This document shows, piece after piece, positions 26,918 through 39,940 of a stretch of 64,000 nt of DNA. The DNA is taken from contig JANJGN010000011.1 in the NCBI GenBank assembly GCA_026770705.1, forward strand, positions 154,628,001 to 154,692,000, written 5' to 3'. Position numbers and translations under genes: made by a program. The DNA comes from Isurus oxyrinchus (lineage: Eukaryota). Numbering within the stretch: the stretch's first letter is position 1; every line of letters begins with the position of its first letter. Under the pieces are notes generated by a model, which saw nothing but the letters and a program-made list of their open reading frames with translations, made no database searches and had not been told where the DNA came from.

Positions 26918-27360
26918 TCAGACGTGGCTCGGTTGGTTGAGTCTCACCCTGGAGTCAGAATGTTGTGGTTTAAGCCCTGCTCTGCGTAACTGGAACACGA
27001 AATCTGGACTGACACACCATTGTAGCACTGAGGGAGTGCTGCACTATTAGAGATGGCATCTTTCGGAGGGGACATTTAAAATGAGGCCTCCATCTGCCCT
27101 CTCAGGTGGGGGTTGAGAGCTCTTGGGGCACAATTTTGAAGAAGACAGTGAGTTATCCTTGGTGCCCTGGCCAATATTTATCCTTTGACCAACTTTGCTA
27201 AAATAGATCTTCTTGCCCTCATCACATTGCTGATTGTGGGAACTTGCTGGCTGCTGATTTGTCTGCCATATTTCCTACATTTGAAAAAATATTTCATTGG
27301 CTTGTAAAGCATTTTGGGATGTGCTGAAATCATGAAAGGCACATATAAATACTAGCCTTC
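26918..27360 (+). mobile_element. tRNA-derived Deu-domain SINE (SacSINE/AmnSINE-like)
   Basis: A-box-like head TGGCTCGGTTGG, core 'gcactgagggagtgctgcac...tctgccctctcaggtgg...cctggccaatatttatcc' and an L2-like tail. Second copy at 60045-60478. Confidence 0.7.
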
Positions 27361-28326
27361 CTTTCTTTGAATGATTCCAGTATTTTTGCACCAACTATCC
27401 TTGTGGCCTTTGAATGAGTCTTACCTGCTAAATGTCAATAAATGATGAACAATAATTGACTTTTTATTCTGGCTTTGTGCCCAAAAATCAGTTTCACAAC
27501 TGCCAAAGCTTATTTTGCTTAGAAACCTGGCAGCACAAAAAGGAAAAAAAAATGTATGTGCCATCAGTACTGGCTAGATTGCATCCCATGACCAACAGGT
27601 GAAAGGATACTGTGCTAACCCACTGTACCATATTATATATTTTACTGATGCCTGATATATTTGCTGGCAGAAGCTTTCTAACCAGGGTGAAGGTTTTAGA
27701 TTTTTTTTTGGTTGCTACTTTCCACAGCAAAATGGACTAATTTTCTACTGACTTCCTCAGAACCCATTACTTTCAGATTGAAAATTGATTTACTGCACCC
27801 TGAGGGAAAGTTGTGAAATTACCCAAGGACATCAGCATATGATTGCTGTGGTCATACTTTCATTCACATGTATGGCTTCTCTTCCTAGCCATGCTTAAAA
27901 CTCCACAGAGATTGTGTTATGTTCAAATCAGGACTATCCTTTTGGTTTCATACAGGTTGAGTCCTAGGGGTTAATTTTTATGGCTGTGTAATTTTTTTAT
28001 TTGATGGGCAATGTTAATTCACACACCCAATGCCTGCGCTGGGTGCCTGTTTGCTGCAGGGAAGGGCAATGACATTTTCCTACAGGTGTTTATAGACTGC
28101 CTGAATGCAGAGCAATCTGTTGATTTCACATTCTGATTCACACGTTGGATCACTTATTGCAGTGTGTTTATTGCATTGAGGATAACGTTCAGCCTGTTGA
28201 CATGTTTCAGATGTATTCAGCCCCATGCATCCCTTGAATCCTGGCGTTTGAAACCCAGACAACTCGGTTTAATTTGGACTTATATTTTTACTGCTTTGTC
28301 CTATTTAACTTGAAAAGGACTAGAGG

Positions 28327-28563
28327 ACAGTTGCCAACCCTCCAGGATGGTCCTGGAGTCTCCAGGAATTAAAGATTTATCTCCAGGACACTGCTTTGAG
28401 CAGTGGGGCATTAAAGGATTCCTTTTTTCCCCCAGTTTTCTTTGAACACTTACATTAATAACATTGAAGATGGATAAAAAGGCTGTTTGACTGGAAGGGT
28501 TTGGTAAACAATACCATATGGTGAAACCTCCAGGGATACATCCAACCAGAGTTGGCAACCTTA
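28327..28563. mobile_element. MITE with TAGGGTTGCCAA-type TIRs
   Basis: GTTGCCAAC...GTTGGCAACC termini; homologous to 3517-3839. Confidence 0.6.
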
Positions 28564-28884
28564 GTGTGAAGGATTGGAAAATGCGTTGTTCTTAGTACAG
28601 TTGCTGCATTTGCTAATTAATCCTAAACCAAGTCCTGTTACAGTGCTTTTGCTCTCCCCAGTGTTAGAGAAAAGAATTAGCGCTGACATTTGAATGTACC
28701 TCAGGTTTGAAAGCCCAAATTGACTCCAAAGTGAAGTGGTATGAGGCTCCCTCCTTTGCTTTGTTTGAGTGTCAGGACAGGTTCTGAAACCACATTCAGG
28801 CTGTATCAATCCATGGGCCCTACACTGTGACAGTTTGCTTGGACCCTGGTCTCTCTCTGGCAGCATGTGGAATCAAGAAGGTAG

Positions 28885-29258
28885 GCTGTGTTGCCGTGGT
28901 GATGTCATTGGGCTAGTAATCTAGAGGCCCAGGCTAATGCTCGGGAGACGCAGGTTCAAATCCCACCATGGCAGTTGGTGGAATTTAAACTCGATTAATA
29001 AAACCTGGAATTGAAAGCTAATCTCAGTAATGGTGACCATGAAACAATCCTCGATTGTCATAGAAAGCCACCTGCTTCACTAATGTAACCTTTAGGGAAG
29101 GAAATCTGCCATCCTTACCTGGTCTGGCCTACATGTGGCTCCAGACCCACAGCAATATGGTTGACTCTTAACTGCCCTCTGAAATGGCCAAGCAAGCCAC
29201 TCATTTCAAGGGCAGTTAGGGATGGGCAACATCCCTCGCAACCCAGTCCCACGAAAAA
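28885..29258 (+). mobile_element. HE1-type shark SINE, near full length
   Basis: tRNA-like head with B box GGTTCAAATCC, then the characteristic body 'ggaaggaaatctgcc...ctccagacccacagcaat...agggcagttagggatgggcaa'. Confidence 0.8.
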
Positions 29259-31912
29259 AAATGTTAAAAGCCCATACATTCGCTGTTGAGCTGCCAATTC
29301 TGTGAACGAGGAATTATATTAAAATTTTGTTGTGATGCGACGTGTATATTGTTTTCAAAGAAAGAAAGAACCTGCAGTTAAATACTAAGAAATGAAGATC
29401 TTTGATTGCACACAGTCTCTTAAAATGTAATGTGATCAAACCGTTTGACTCAAAACACAACACTATTCATTTCACTCAATCGTGCGGAGAAAAAAACATT
29501 TCCTATACATATTGTAGGCCAGCCCCCAGCCCCTTACAGCGATCATTGTGATGTCCATCAACTGCGAATCAGCAGTGCCAGTAAAAATTAGGTTTTTGTT
29601 CATTCACGTTATGCCAAGGAAGTTGGAAACGTGCTGCAAGCACCGAGATGAGTAGTCATGTGGAATACTTCTTTCTTTACATGTGATGATTTCAGAACCT
29701 GTTACTGGTCACTCCATAGGAGGTTAATCAGGCAGAAATGCCTCCAAAGGGCGCAAGTGTTGTCGAGATTTTGTTCTTCACTGGGGTACTGGCTACCTTT
29801 GCCAAACCTTTATTATCTGTTGGAGGAGGGAGCATTAGCACAGCTGCATCGCACACGAGTAGCTTGATGGTTTTGGCATGATTTATATGATCATGTTGTG
29901 TGTTTATCAACAAACAAATGAAAACTGGCTTGCCAAACAGTCATTTTGAAACAGAGTGCAGGCCATGCTTTAAGTTGAGTCCGTAACTTGTTTTATAAGG
30001 TAATTAGATAGTCATGTGAAAAGAAACATTGGTGCTGTAAAGATTTTTTGTTGTTTCATGGAGAGGTGTGGAGTCTTGTATTGTTGAACATAAACCGTTT
30101 ATTGGTAGCCCATAACGATGTACATATCCAAGCTACTGCCATGCATGGGTGCTGCCTCCATGCTGGTTCCCTCCAGACTTTACTTCACAGTCTACCTTCA
30201 TGTGACTCTCTCCATCATAGTGTGTGCGGTCCCACATTAACCCTTATTCTGCCGAAAGCTTTCATCCTGCAGTAGGAGCAGGAATGGGCTATTCAACAAC
30301 ACCCTGTGTTTAAACAGCACCATTGACATAATAAAATTGACCCAAGGTGCAAAATATGACACTAAGTCACTTAAAAAGATATAAGGACAGGTGACAAAAT
30401 GATTAATCAAAGAAGTAGGTTCAAAGCAATGTCTTAAAGGCTGAAAATTAGGCAGAAAAGCAGAACTCCTTCGCTTAGGGTTTTGGCAGCTGAAGGTGTG
30501 ACCACCAATGGTTGATTGATTAAAATTTGGGTTGCTGGCCAAAATTATATGAGCACAGATATCTCAGGGGTTATCAACTAGAGGAGATTACAGAGATAGG
30601 GAGGAGTGCAGCTATTTACCGCCACCCACGGCCAACATCACACCGACCCCCCCAAACCCCCGCCCCCCCAACCCCCCCTATTCCCCCGTGCCCCTCACCA
30701 CCTTGGTTCCATTACCCATAATATCTACCCTTGCCTTAACTAAAATCTGTCAGTCTCAGTTTTAACATATTAAATTGACCCCCAGCCTCAACACCTCTTG
30801 GGATAAGAGTTCCCAGATTTCTACTGCCCTTTAGGTGAAAGAGGAATGAAAGGTTTTGGGGTGAGTGGCTGAGCAGCACAGTTGAAGTACAGCAGCTGAT
30901 TAAGGTGAAGAGATATACTGCCACAATTTCATGGATCAAGTGGTCTGCATCTGTGCTGAAGCATTCTTTAATTTTATGTGTGCTTTTGAAAACTAGGTTG
31001 TTTGTCTGTTTAACACACAGTCAGTCTGTGTGCAACTGAAAACTCAGGTGAATTACAGTAGTGGCCTGTAAAACCCAAATGCTCAGCAGTTTGGAAATAC
31101 AAAAAAATATAAAAGTAAAACCACTCAAAGAGTTACCTTTCTTTTTCTCTCAAAAGCGGAGAACAAAAACCAATATTTTGTGACATTCACTTTAAAGAAG
31201 AAAGTGCCAAAATGTGGCTTTCGTCCACAAGGGGTTAAAGCACTATACTTGCAGGTAGATGTGAATTGTCACAGCCATTTCCCTTCCAGTATCGTTCCCT
31301 CCTGTAAGTTGCTCAGCAGGTATTGGCATCTCGTCTGCAGTCTATTCCCTAACGTCTTATAATCGCTTTCATATTTCTTTATGAAAATTGCTATGAGTGA
31401 GTAACTCCATTTATTTGTGATTGCAGCTTGGCAAAGTCTTTCATGTGGGGCTGAGCAGAGGGCAAGCTGCATTAATAATCTTAATGGAATTCTTTTGACC
31501 TGATGCTTGGAAGTATTTGAAATTCTGTTCCCAGTTTTTTTTTTGCTCAACTGCTTTAAATGTGTTAACTGGTGAATTTGCTCCAGTTAAACAAATGTTT
31601 TGCTTAGAACGCATGTCTTTTATTTAAACTGCAAGATTAAATGATGTGTTGAATAATGTGTTATTGTCAGACAATGCAAATCCCGACAATGTATCATTCA
31701 GTTAGTCCTCCATTCCTTGTCCCCACCCTCATTATTCCTTCTCCCCACCCTCTTTATTTTTTCTCCCCACACTCTCTATTCCCATTTGTTATTGAACTGA
31801 AACGCTTTTTAATTCAATGATTCCCTTAATGGTTTGACTAATTTCTGTTCTTCAAAAATAACTCTTTCTCTCACTCCTTCCTACACCTCAAAATGAATAT
31901 GATTTCTATTAG

Positions 31913-32144
31913 ATAAAAACAAAAAACAAAAAACTGCGGATGCTGGAAATCCAAAACAAAAACAGAATTACCTGGAACAACTCAGCAGGTCTGGCAGCAT
32001 CGGCGGAGAAGAAAAGAGTTGACGTTTCGAGTCCTCATGACCCTTCGACCGAACAGGTTCGGTCGAAGGGTCATGAGGACTCGAAACTTCAATTCTTTTC
32101 TTCTCCGCCGATCTGCTAGGCTTGCTGAGTTTTTCCAGGTAATT
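31913..32144. mobile_element. Penelope-like terminal repeat in inverted (palindromic) arrangement
   Basis: Arms of ~89 bp (31966-32054 and 32057-32144) with a 2-nt loop. Related fragments lie at ~225-310, 8310-8420, 16285-16390, 35865-35950, 51893-51995 and 61815-62590. Confidence 0.65.
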
Positions 32145-35100
32145 ATGATTTCTATTATGCTGCTTCCAGTACAAAATGTTCACCATCCCAGAATGTTCTG
32201 CACAACACAGGAACAGATTTATAGAGCGATCCATTCTGAAGAGGTTTATTCTCATCCTGTTTTATTTGTACACTCTTGCTTTAACCCTCTGAGCATGCCA
32301 GTGCCCTATCTAAATAGTTTTTAAATTAATTGCAAGCAAATCCACAAAGTTGGCCCCCGCATCCTCCCCTTTACTGTCAACCTCCACTACGCATCTTCTA
32401 TGTTTTATCCTTTCACATCTCCTTAACATCATGCAAATTCAGCTTTCGCTATGATCTCATTCAGATCCCCAACACATGCCGACCTGCACGATTTTAGCAT
32501 GGGGTCCCTGGGGCCCCAGCTCATGCCAGTACAATTCAAGTATGGGCCTGCCGGCGTTTGCCTTCCAATGATCTGTAAAATATAGATAGTCAATCGATTT
32601 CTGCACAACGTACCGTTCAAAATCACCCGGCCTTCTGTGTCACATTACATGCTGTCAGCATGATGTTGGCATGATAACCATTGATGGCGGTGCCATGACC
32701 CATGCAATTGGTGAACCCGATGATTTGTTGCAATTTCATCAACACTGCTCTGTATGTGGGTGCCAAGTAATGACAACAGGCTTTCTCGCAGTGAGCTGGG
32801 CAGGCCATACAGAGACTAGGTCCCTAGGCTGCTCTCCCATGGTCACCAGGTGTCTTGCTGAGAAGAGCATCAGAAAAGCCTGGACCCAGATTGTCCAGCC
32901 TCTTGACCTGTCTGGGGTACAAGCAGTGGGGATGCCAATGGGAATTGGGAAGAAAATTGAGGACTTTTCCCTCACAGAAAGAAAAGGAAATATTTAAAAT
33001 ATTACATTTCAGTGAACTCAAATATACACAGTGTTGATCGGGGAATTACAATCAGCTGCCTAATTCAATCAACACAATGATATAGCACAGGTATTTTTTT
33101 GTAGCTCACATATTATGATGTGATCCCAACATTTGCTTAATTTATTCATTTTATCATAAACCATCTAATTTCTAAAATTAGGTGATAAGGTCTATTCGTC
33201 AAAATGAGAGAAATTAGTGTTTTGATGAGGCTTGTTTAGTCTGTACCTGACTTGGAGGTAGTTTAAGAAAAACTATTTCTTTAGAACTATTTAATCCAAG
33301 ATCTCAGGGTAAGTACATTGTTGTCTGGACTCAGACTGTTCTGTGCCTTGCTCCCTTGGCACCTGTTGGTCACCTAACTCTGATCTCATGCCTAAGTCAT
33401 CACTAACATCATTGTCTAATTAACATAACCCTTTATTCTACAATTAGCATTGGGAAATGAAGCACTTTTCCATTTCTTCTGTCTAGTTCTGCCTGCTGTA
33501 CCACAGGCATGTGTCTCCGTACCATCTTATTGCAGATGTGCCCTGAGCCCAAGTCATTGTCCAGGATACATTGCACAGCCAAGAGGTAGAAAAGGCTTTC
33601 ACCCAGTTGCTCATCACTGGCTCCAATTCACTGCCCGATTTTTTTGCACCCAATTTTTAAAATGCATGTGAACAGTAAATCCTGTGAGTATATAATGAAA
33701 GAATTTCTGCCTTGACATTACCTCATTGCTGCACCAAACTGGGGATGGCATAAACGTCACCACCAGATGAAACCACTGTAAGGTTTTTAATGAATTAGGA
33801 TAGCAGGACGTTCATTTGGAGCACAAACACAAACCTAAGCCAGTTAGGCCAAATGGCCTGTTTATGCACTGTAAATTCTATGTTGTTATTTTGGTTGCCT
33901 CTCTAATGGTCCTGGAGCTCTCCTTCCCCATTTTCAAGCCAAAATTATTTGCATGGACTAAGAATCTTTTAGCTATCCATTCATGAGTTAGCTGATAGAT
34001 CACTATAGCTATGTGGTTAATGAAAAATGGGCCTACATGTAGAGATGGCCACAAATCCTGTTGTTTTTCCAGCTTGATATACAGCTGTAATAACTTGTAA
34101 AAGATTTCAAGCAACACCTAAATCCATTGGCCACTGAGATCTCTTCAATCCTTGCCCCGCATCCTCCTTCACCTCTTCCCCAGTGATTGAACACCACCCA
34201 CCTATGAGAACTGTATCATTATGCAGATCCATTAATGTATATATCTGCAAGTCATGTGCTACCTCAAGAGCATCATTCGCCGTGTTACTCTGTATTTTAC
34301 CACAACCCGCAAAAGCATGTCATTCCTTTTAAAAATCAAGTAAGAAATGAGAAGTTATTATTGGTGGGGAGGGGAAGGATGTTGCAATAGCCCAAATATC
34401 TCCCGCAGCAGACAGTAACTGTGCGATAAGTTATATGCACCAAGTCCATCCTTAAATACAGTAAAACTACCTCTGGATATGGAGGAAGTTGTATGGATAG
34501 GGCAAAGCCATGGAAGGATTTGGACACAAGAATGAGAATTTTAAATTTGAGGCAGTGCTTGACAGGGAGCCAGTATGGGTCTGCGAGCACAGGAATGATG
34601 TCATAAGTGAGAAGCAACAGCACACATTGTAAGTGGACTGGGACCACCTTAACCACATAGACTGCACTACTTAAATTTGTGACGTAAGCTCTGTTTTGAC
34701 TTGAAGATTACAATGGCTGTCAGAAAGGCTCCCTGTTTGAGAAGCTCCAATACACAGCAGTCAGCTTTACTTCAGTGATATTGGAAATTCAGTCACTGAG
34801 CTCAGATTAAGGCACAAAAGACTCGGTTTAAAGTATCAGATATCTCCCAGGGATTCCTCTCCTCTACAATCTCCTAACAGCGTATGTAAACATGATCTAT
34901 ATTACCATTCTTCCTAGCTTTCTAAGTTAACTTCCTCAAATGATACCAGCTAGAGAGAAGAAATTTCAGGAATGTTTTGGCATCATGCATTGACCACTGA
35001 TGACCATTACGGGATTACAACAACTTGTACTTATACAGCGCCTTTCAAAGAGTCATTTCAGCACAAAAGGGCCATTTGGCCCATTGACTTCATACCAGAT

Positions 35101-35579
35101 TTCTGTCAGGCAATCCAATCAATCACACTCCCCCACCTTATCCCTGTAGTCCCTCAAATTTATTTCCCTCAAATACCCATCCAATTTCCTTTTGAAATCA
35201 CATGATTATCTCCGCTTCCACCACTCACTTGGTCAAAGAGATAGGTTTGAAGAAGCTTCTTAAAGGAAAATAGGGAGGTAGAAAGACCAAGAGGTTTAAG
35301 GAGAGAATTCCAGAGCTTCGGGTCAAGGTAGTTAAAGGCACGGCCACCTACAGTGGAGCGTATAAAATTGAGAATGTTCCAAAGGCCAGAATTAAAGGAA
35401 CCAGATATCTTGAAGGGTTGTGGAACCAGAAAAGATTACATGAGTCCATGAACGGATTTGAGAATTAATGTATGGGTTAAGGAGTACAGGGGTAATGGGT
35501 GAATTGTACTTGTTGCAAGTAAGGACGCAGGGTGTTGAATGACCTCAAGTCACAATTTGAGCTGTTCCTCATGTTTCAC

Positions 35580-35845
35580 TTGCGGTCACACCATCCTTTG
35601 TTCGTCCTCAAGTGGTTGAGGGTTGCCCAGATTTTCTGTGGAAGGTTGAAAGCTGGGACTTCACCACTCAGGTCAGTTACCAGATTGTGTTGGTGATCTT
35701 TGTGGTCAACCAGGAGGTGAGCCATCAAGAGATGGGGAAGTTGTCAGTTTGTAGGGTGTGGTGTGTGTTCCAGTACGGGCTGCGGGATTTCAGACAGGTG
35801 CGTGTTTTTATTTTTGAGGTCCTGTGACAATGGGAGTGCTTTATT
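35580..35845 (-). mobile_element. Ingi-group non-LTR retrotransposon C-terminal fragment
   Basis: The - strand reads LPLSQDL..CLKSRSPYWN..HNLVTDLSGEVPAFNLPQKIWATLNHLRTNKGWC, matching the RLKSRxPxW / PGFxLPRxxWxxLNRLRTG signature. Confidence 0.65.
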
Positions 35846-36444
35846 AGCCATCAGCTAGTGCAAAAGAAAATGCTGCTAACATTCAGCAAAACAGTGCCCA
35901 CAGAGAGATAAACAGGGTTAACATTTCAGGCCCGTAGTCCTTCATCAGAATTGGAAAATGTAACCAATGTACCAGTTTTAAGCAAGTATAGATGCAGGGA
36001 AAGGGAAACACCAGAATCATCACCAGTGTTCCCTGTCTAAAAAGATGGTTACAGTGGTTATATTAATAAATGATAGGGTGTGCTTGGCCTGAATAGACCA
36101 GGACAAAACAAATAAATAGATATAGGAATAAATAGATATACAGAAGAATTATGAGGCTGGTGGAAACAGAAGCAATGAGGTCTGAGCCAACTCCTGAAGA
36201 GGGGTATAAGCCCATTAGTGATGACTAGCTTGAGTTGCTATTGTAAAAATGGCCTACTGAAATTTTTATTTACTTTTAAGAGGTTAATTAAAAATACATC
36301 AATTAGTGTGTTTTTTCTTTAATAATTAATGTTTCAAAAGATGTTTTGCATTAATAATTAGCATGACATACCTGCCAGATGAATAACTCTAAATCGTAAG
36401 TTCCTTTTGAAGGTTTGTGCACCATTCACAGACCCCTCAACCAC

Positions 36445-36705
36445 TACACACACACACACACACACACACACCACACACACATGTATATCACACACATACT
36501 ACATACAAACCTACAACATACAAACCTACCCCATACACACGAATTTACACACACACATACCACACACACAAGTCCCACAAACAAATGAACCACACACACA
36601 CACGTACCTCCCACACACACACACACACACATGTACCTCCCACACACACATACGTATACCACACACATACAACACACATACACATACCCCATACAGACAC
36701 ATATA
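36445..36705. repeat. Compound (CA)n microsatellite
   Basis: Interrupted CA/CATA/TACC runs. Confidence 0.95.
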
Positions 36706-37889
36706 CACTTTTGATAAGGAAGTGCTAGATAGAAATTCACTTTCGATAATGTAGATGTGTTGCACAGGCCATTTGTTAAACCATTTACCTGATATTCAGC
36801 TGTACTAGTCAGTCAAATAATAGCAGAGACTGAACCAATAACCCCATCCCCCCTGCCCCCCATTTTGTGCCACTGATCAAGACAAATGTGTAACCCAGTA
36901 TTGTGTTGTGCCCAAGAAGGTGGCAGAACTCAGTCTTATTGTTTTCAAGTGTTGGGAGAAGAATTTGAGAGAAGTTCAAAATGCCTTCAGTCATGTTGGG
37001 ATTGTGTGACTCAAATAGCAAACTGTTTCAAAGACCCCCACTTCCACACAGCAATGGGGAAATGTAGGAGTTATGTCTTTCACTTTTAATTAGTGTAGCC
37101 CTCATATTAGAAGTAGACAGTTGACCAATAAGAGGTGCCCCTGATATAACGGTAATTGGATACTACGCATAAGGAATAGCTCTAATAGGTTCCAATACTG
37201 TATCCACTTCTGCACATCAGCAAAGGTGAGCTGAGATCAGCCAATAATGCACCTTCTTCTGGCTAAACTTGACCTTATTGGTGCCTTTTGCTTTCGGGTC
37301 ATCTTTCCTCCTAGTGGCCCCTGAAAGTTTCAGCATTCCTTCCCCAGAAGGGCACATACCCCAGGTTTGGAACCTTTGGTGAAATGGATGCTTCAAGTCC
37401 CTGTCTTCAGTTTCTTCAGATATTTCTTGAAACAAAGAAGTAGATTAATCTGTATAATTTCTCATGAAACAGTATTATGGTCAACTGTTTGTAATTTTCT
37501 AAATGAGTATTACAGATTATAGCATTGACAAGGATCCTTCTGAAGCATTATTTATCAATGAATTGCACTGATGTATTTTAACAAGCAATTTATTGACAAC
37601 TGAAAGCTTCAATACATTTTTTAAATGACATCAGCTCGAACTGTTGGTCACTATAAGCCAGCTTGAATCCATGTTCAAGAGGTGGCCCCATTTGCCCTCT
37701 CCGGTTGACATAAAAGATTCCATGGCACTATTCCAAGAGTAGCAGGGAAATTTGCCTTGTGTCTTGAATAATAATTATCCCTAAGCCAGCATCGCCAAAT
37801 CAGATTATCTGGTCATTATCACACTGCTGTTTGTGGGAGCTTGCTCTGTACAAATGTTTCTGCTGTATTTCCTATACTCTAATAGTGAT

Positions 37890-38135
37890 TGTTGTAATAT
37901 GGCTTTAAGGAAGAGCAGCCCTCCATCACTTTAAGGGAAGTGTGTCAGGTGACCCAGTCTCAGTTTCACTTCAGCCTGGAGCAGAACACAGACACACAGC
38001 TCTGCAGTTCTGATGTCCTCAAGCCTACTGTCCAAGCATATCGGTTCACATGTGCCTAGAATTAATAAGAGAACCCACAACGTGTTTCCACAATCCCTTT
38101 CAAGTGTGTCTTTATATCATTATAACACACATGAA
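37890..38135 (+). mobile_element. Small solo LTR inserted into a Deu-type SINE
   Basis: Starts TGTTGTAAT. The SINE sequence resumes after it; flanks GTGAT/GTGAC resemble a 5-bp TSD. Confidence 0.55.
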
Positions 38136-38999
38136 GTGACTACACTTAAAAAGTACTTTGTTGACAGTAAAGCTGTTTGGGATGTCCAGAGACCGTGAAA
38201 CACGGTATGAAAATGTACATCTTTCTTTTCCTTTTGCTTCAGATCACACTGCTGCCGTTCCATGATTGCCCTGTTAATGTGTCTGTTTATTTATTCTCTT
38301 TTAGCCACCTCCAGCCAAGAATATCCTCTGATATAAAAGGACATGCCCATAAGCCAGCTCTTTGCTTCCTTTGGTCCTGCTTTGAACTAGGAGGCTTGCA
38401 ATAGCTGCTCAGGGTTAACTCTCCTACTTTTCCTTTGCTCTTCTGAGGATCCAGCTGAGTTCTATTGGTTCCCACGCACAGCGAGCGCTGCTGAGATTGA
38501 GAGATCATTTGTATGGTGCATGGAACCCGGGAGCCTCATGCCCCTTCCAGTGCTGTGACTCTCCAAACATAGAGGGCCTCCACCACACTGTGCCGCCTCA
38601 GTAATCCTGATGTCAGGGGGTTTTTTTGAAGTATTTTACTTCACTTCTTTAGGGACTGTGCTCAGTAAACCAGTCGACTTTTTGTTATCATGTTCAGCCT
38701 TCACATTCATCCTGAATCTTCACATTATTGCTGCTGAATGTTAATGTGCAGTTTTCGCGAAAGCAATGTACTCGTGCAGGCAGAAATAGCATGTTAATTT
38801 AACAAAAAAAACACACTGTGCAAGGATACTGTCTGCGCTATTCATACCAAAATCATAAACACATTTATAAAGAACATTTACCACATCTTCTATAAGTAAT
38901 AGGTTTAAAAAAATGTGCCCATGATAAATATAAGCCCCTTCCCCCACCAAAAAAAAATGTACGAGTAATATGAACATGGGAAGCTAAGAGAGAGATTGG

Positions 39000-39940
39000 A
39001 AAAAGCCAATCAGAAGTCTGAAAGGAGTTTGTTGGTCAACATAAAGGGATGCAGTAAAGGTTTGCTTAACTACATAGGAAGGGTTGAGGCCACTTGGAGA
39101 CAAAAGCAAAAGGGATTGCTCTTGAGCGTCCAAGAATGGCTGCAATGCAATTCATCTTAGTTTTTAGAGGAAGGTAAAAGTGGGACCTCAGGAGGACCTG
39201 GTGAGGATGTGGAAAAGCCACCACTGAAAGCAGTGTTTTGTTTTTTTAAGAAGAAGCTAATTGGAGTCAAGATAAATATGTCCATGTGGGAAGCGTTCAG
39301 AATACCCCCGGATTCTGGGAATAGAGATGGTGATGGCACAAAGTGCGGTTTTCTACAAAAAATGGGATTTGCACTAAAAAAGCACAATGTTAAAACTCTG
39401 TTCAAGTGAGGGAAAAGTCAGGAAATTATAGGTCTCTTTGTCTTATCTTGCTTGTGGGAAAACTTCCAATATTAATGGGCAGAGAATTATGGGTTGTGCA
39501 ACTGCGCTTACTTGGTAGCTGTTTGCAAGGGGAATTTAGAAAAGGCCTTTTCACGCAGGTTGTTATTGGAACATTAAATGTTTTATTGCTGTTCAGGAAG
39601 AGACTATACAATCATTCAAAAGGGAACCTGAGAAGTAGGAATATTAAAAACATTTTAAAATGCAAAGAAAGGATTAGAGGGAACATGAGGATAAATTTCT
39701 TCACCTTGAGGGTGGTGGGTGTCTGAAATTCACTGCCTGGCTTGGTGATGGAGGCATAAACCCTCAACTCATTTAAAAGGTACCTGGATCTACACCCGAA
39801 GTGCTGTAACCTGCAAGGCTATGGACCAGATGCTGGAAGGTGGGATTACAATGGGTGGCTAGTTTTTTTTTTCTTTTACGACAAGCACAGACACGATGGG
39901 CTGAATGGCCTCTTTCTGCCTCAGAGCTTTTCTATGGTTC
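39000..39940 (+). mobile_element. Decayed CR1 fragments
   Basis: GNYRSLCL and INFFTLRVVGV motifs plus a CR1 3' tail. Confidence 0.65.

Noticed and set aside
28885-28975. tRNA-like A/B boxes
   Set aside because: Head of an HE1-type SINE rather than a tRNA gene; no cloverleaf.
36407-36765. His/Thr- and Cys/Val-rich ORFs
   Set aside because: Translations of a CA microsatellite.
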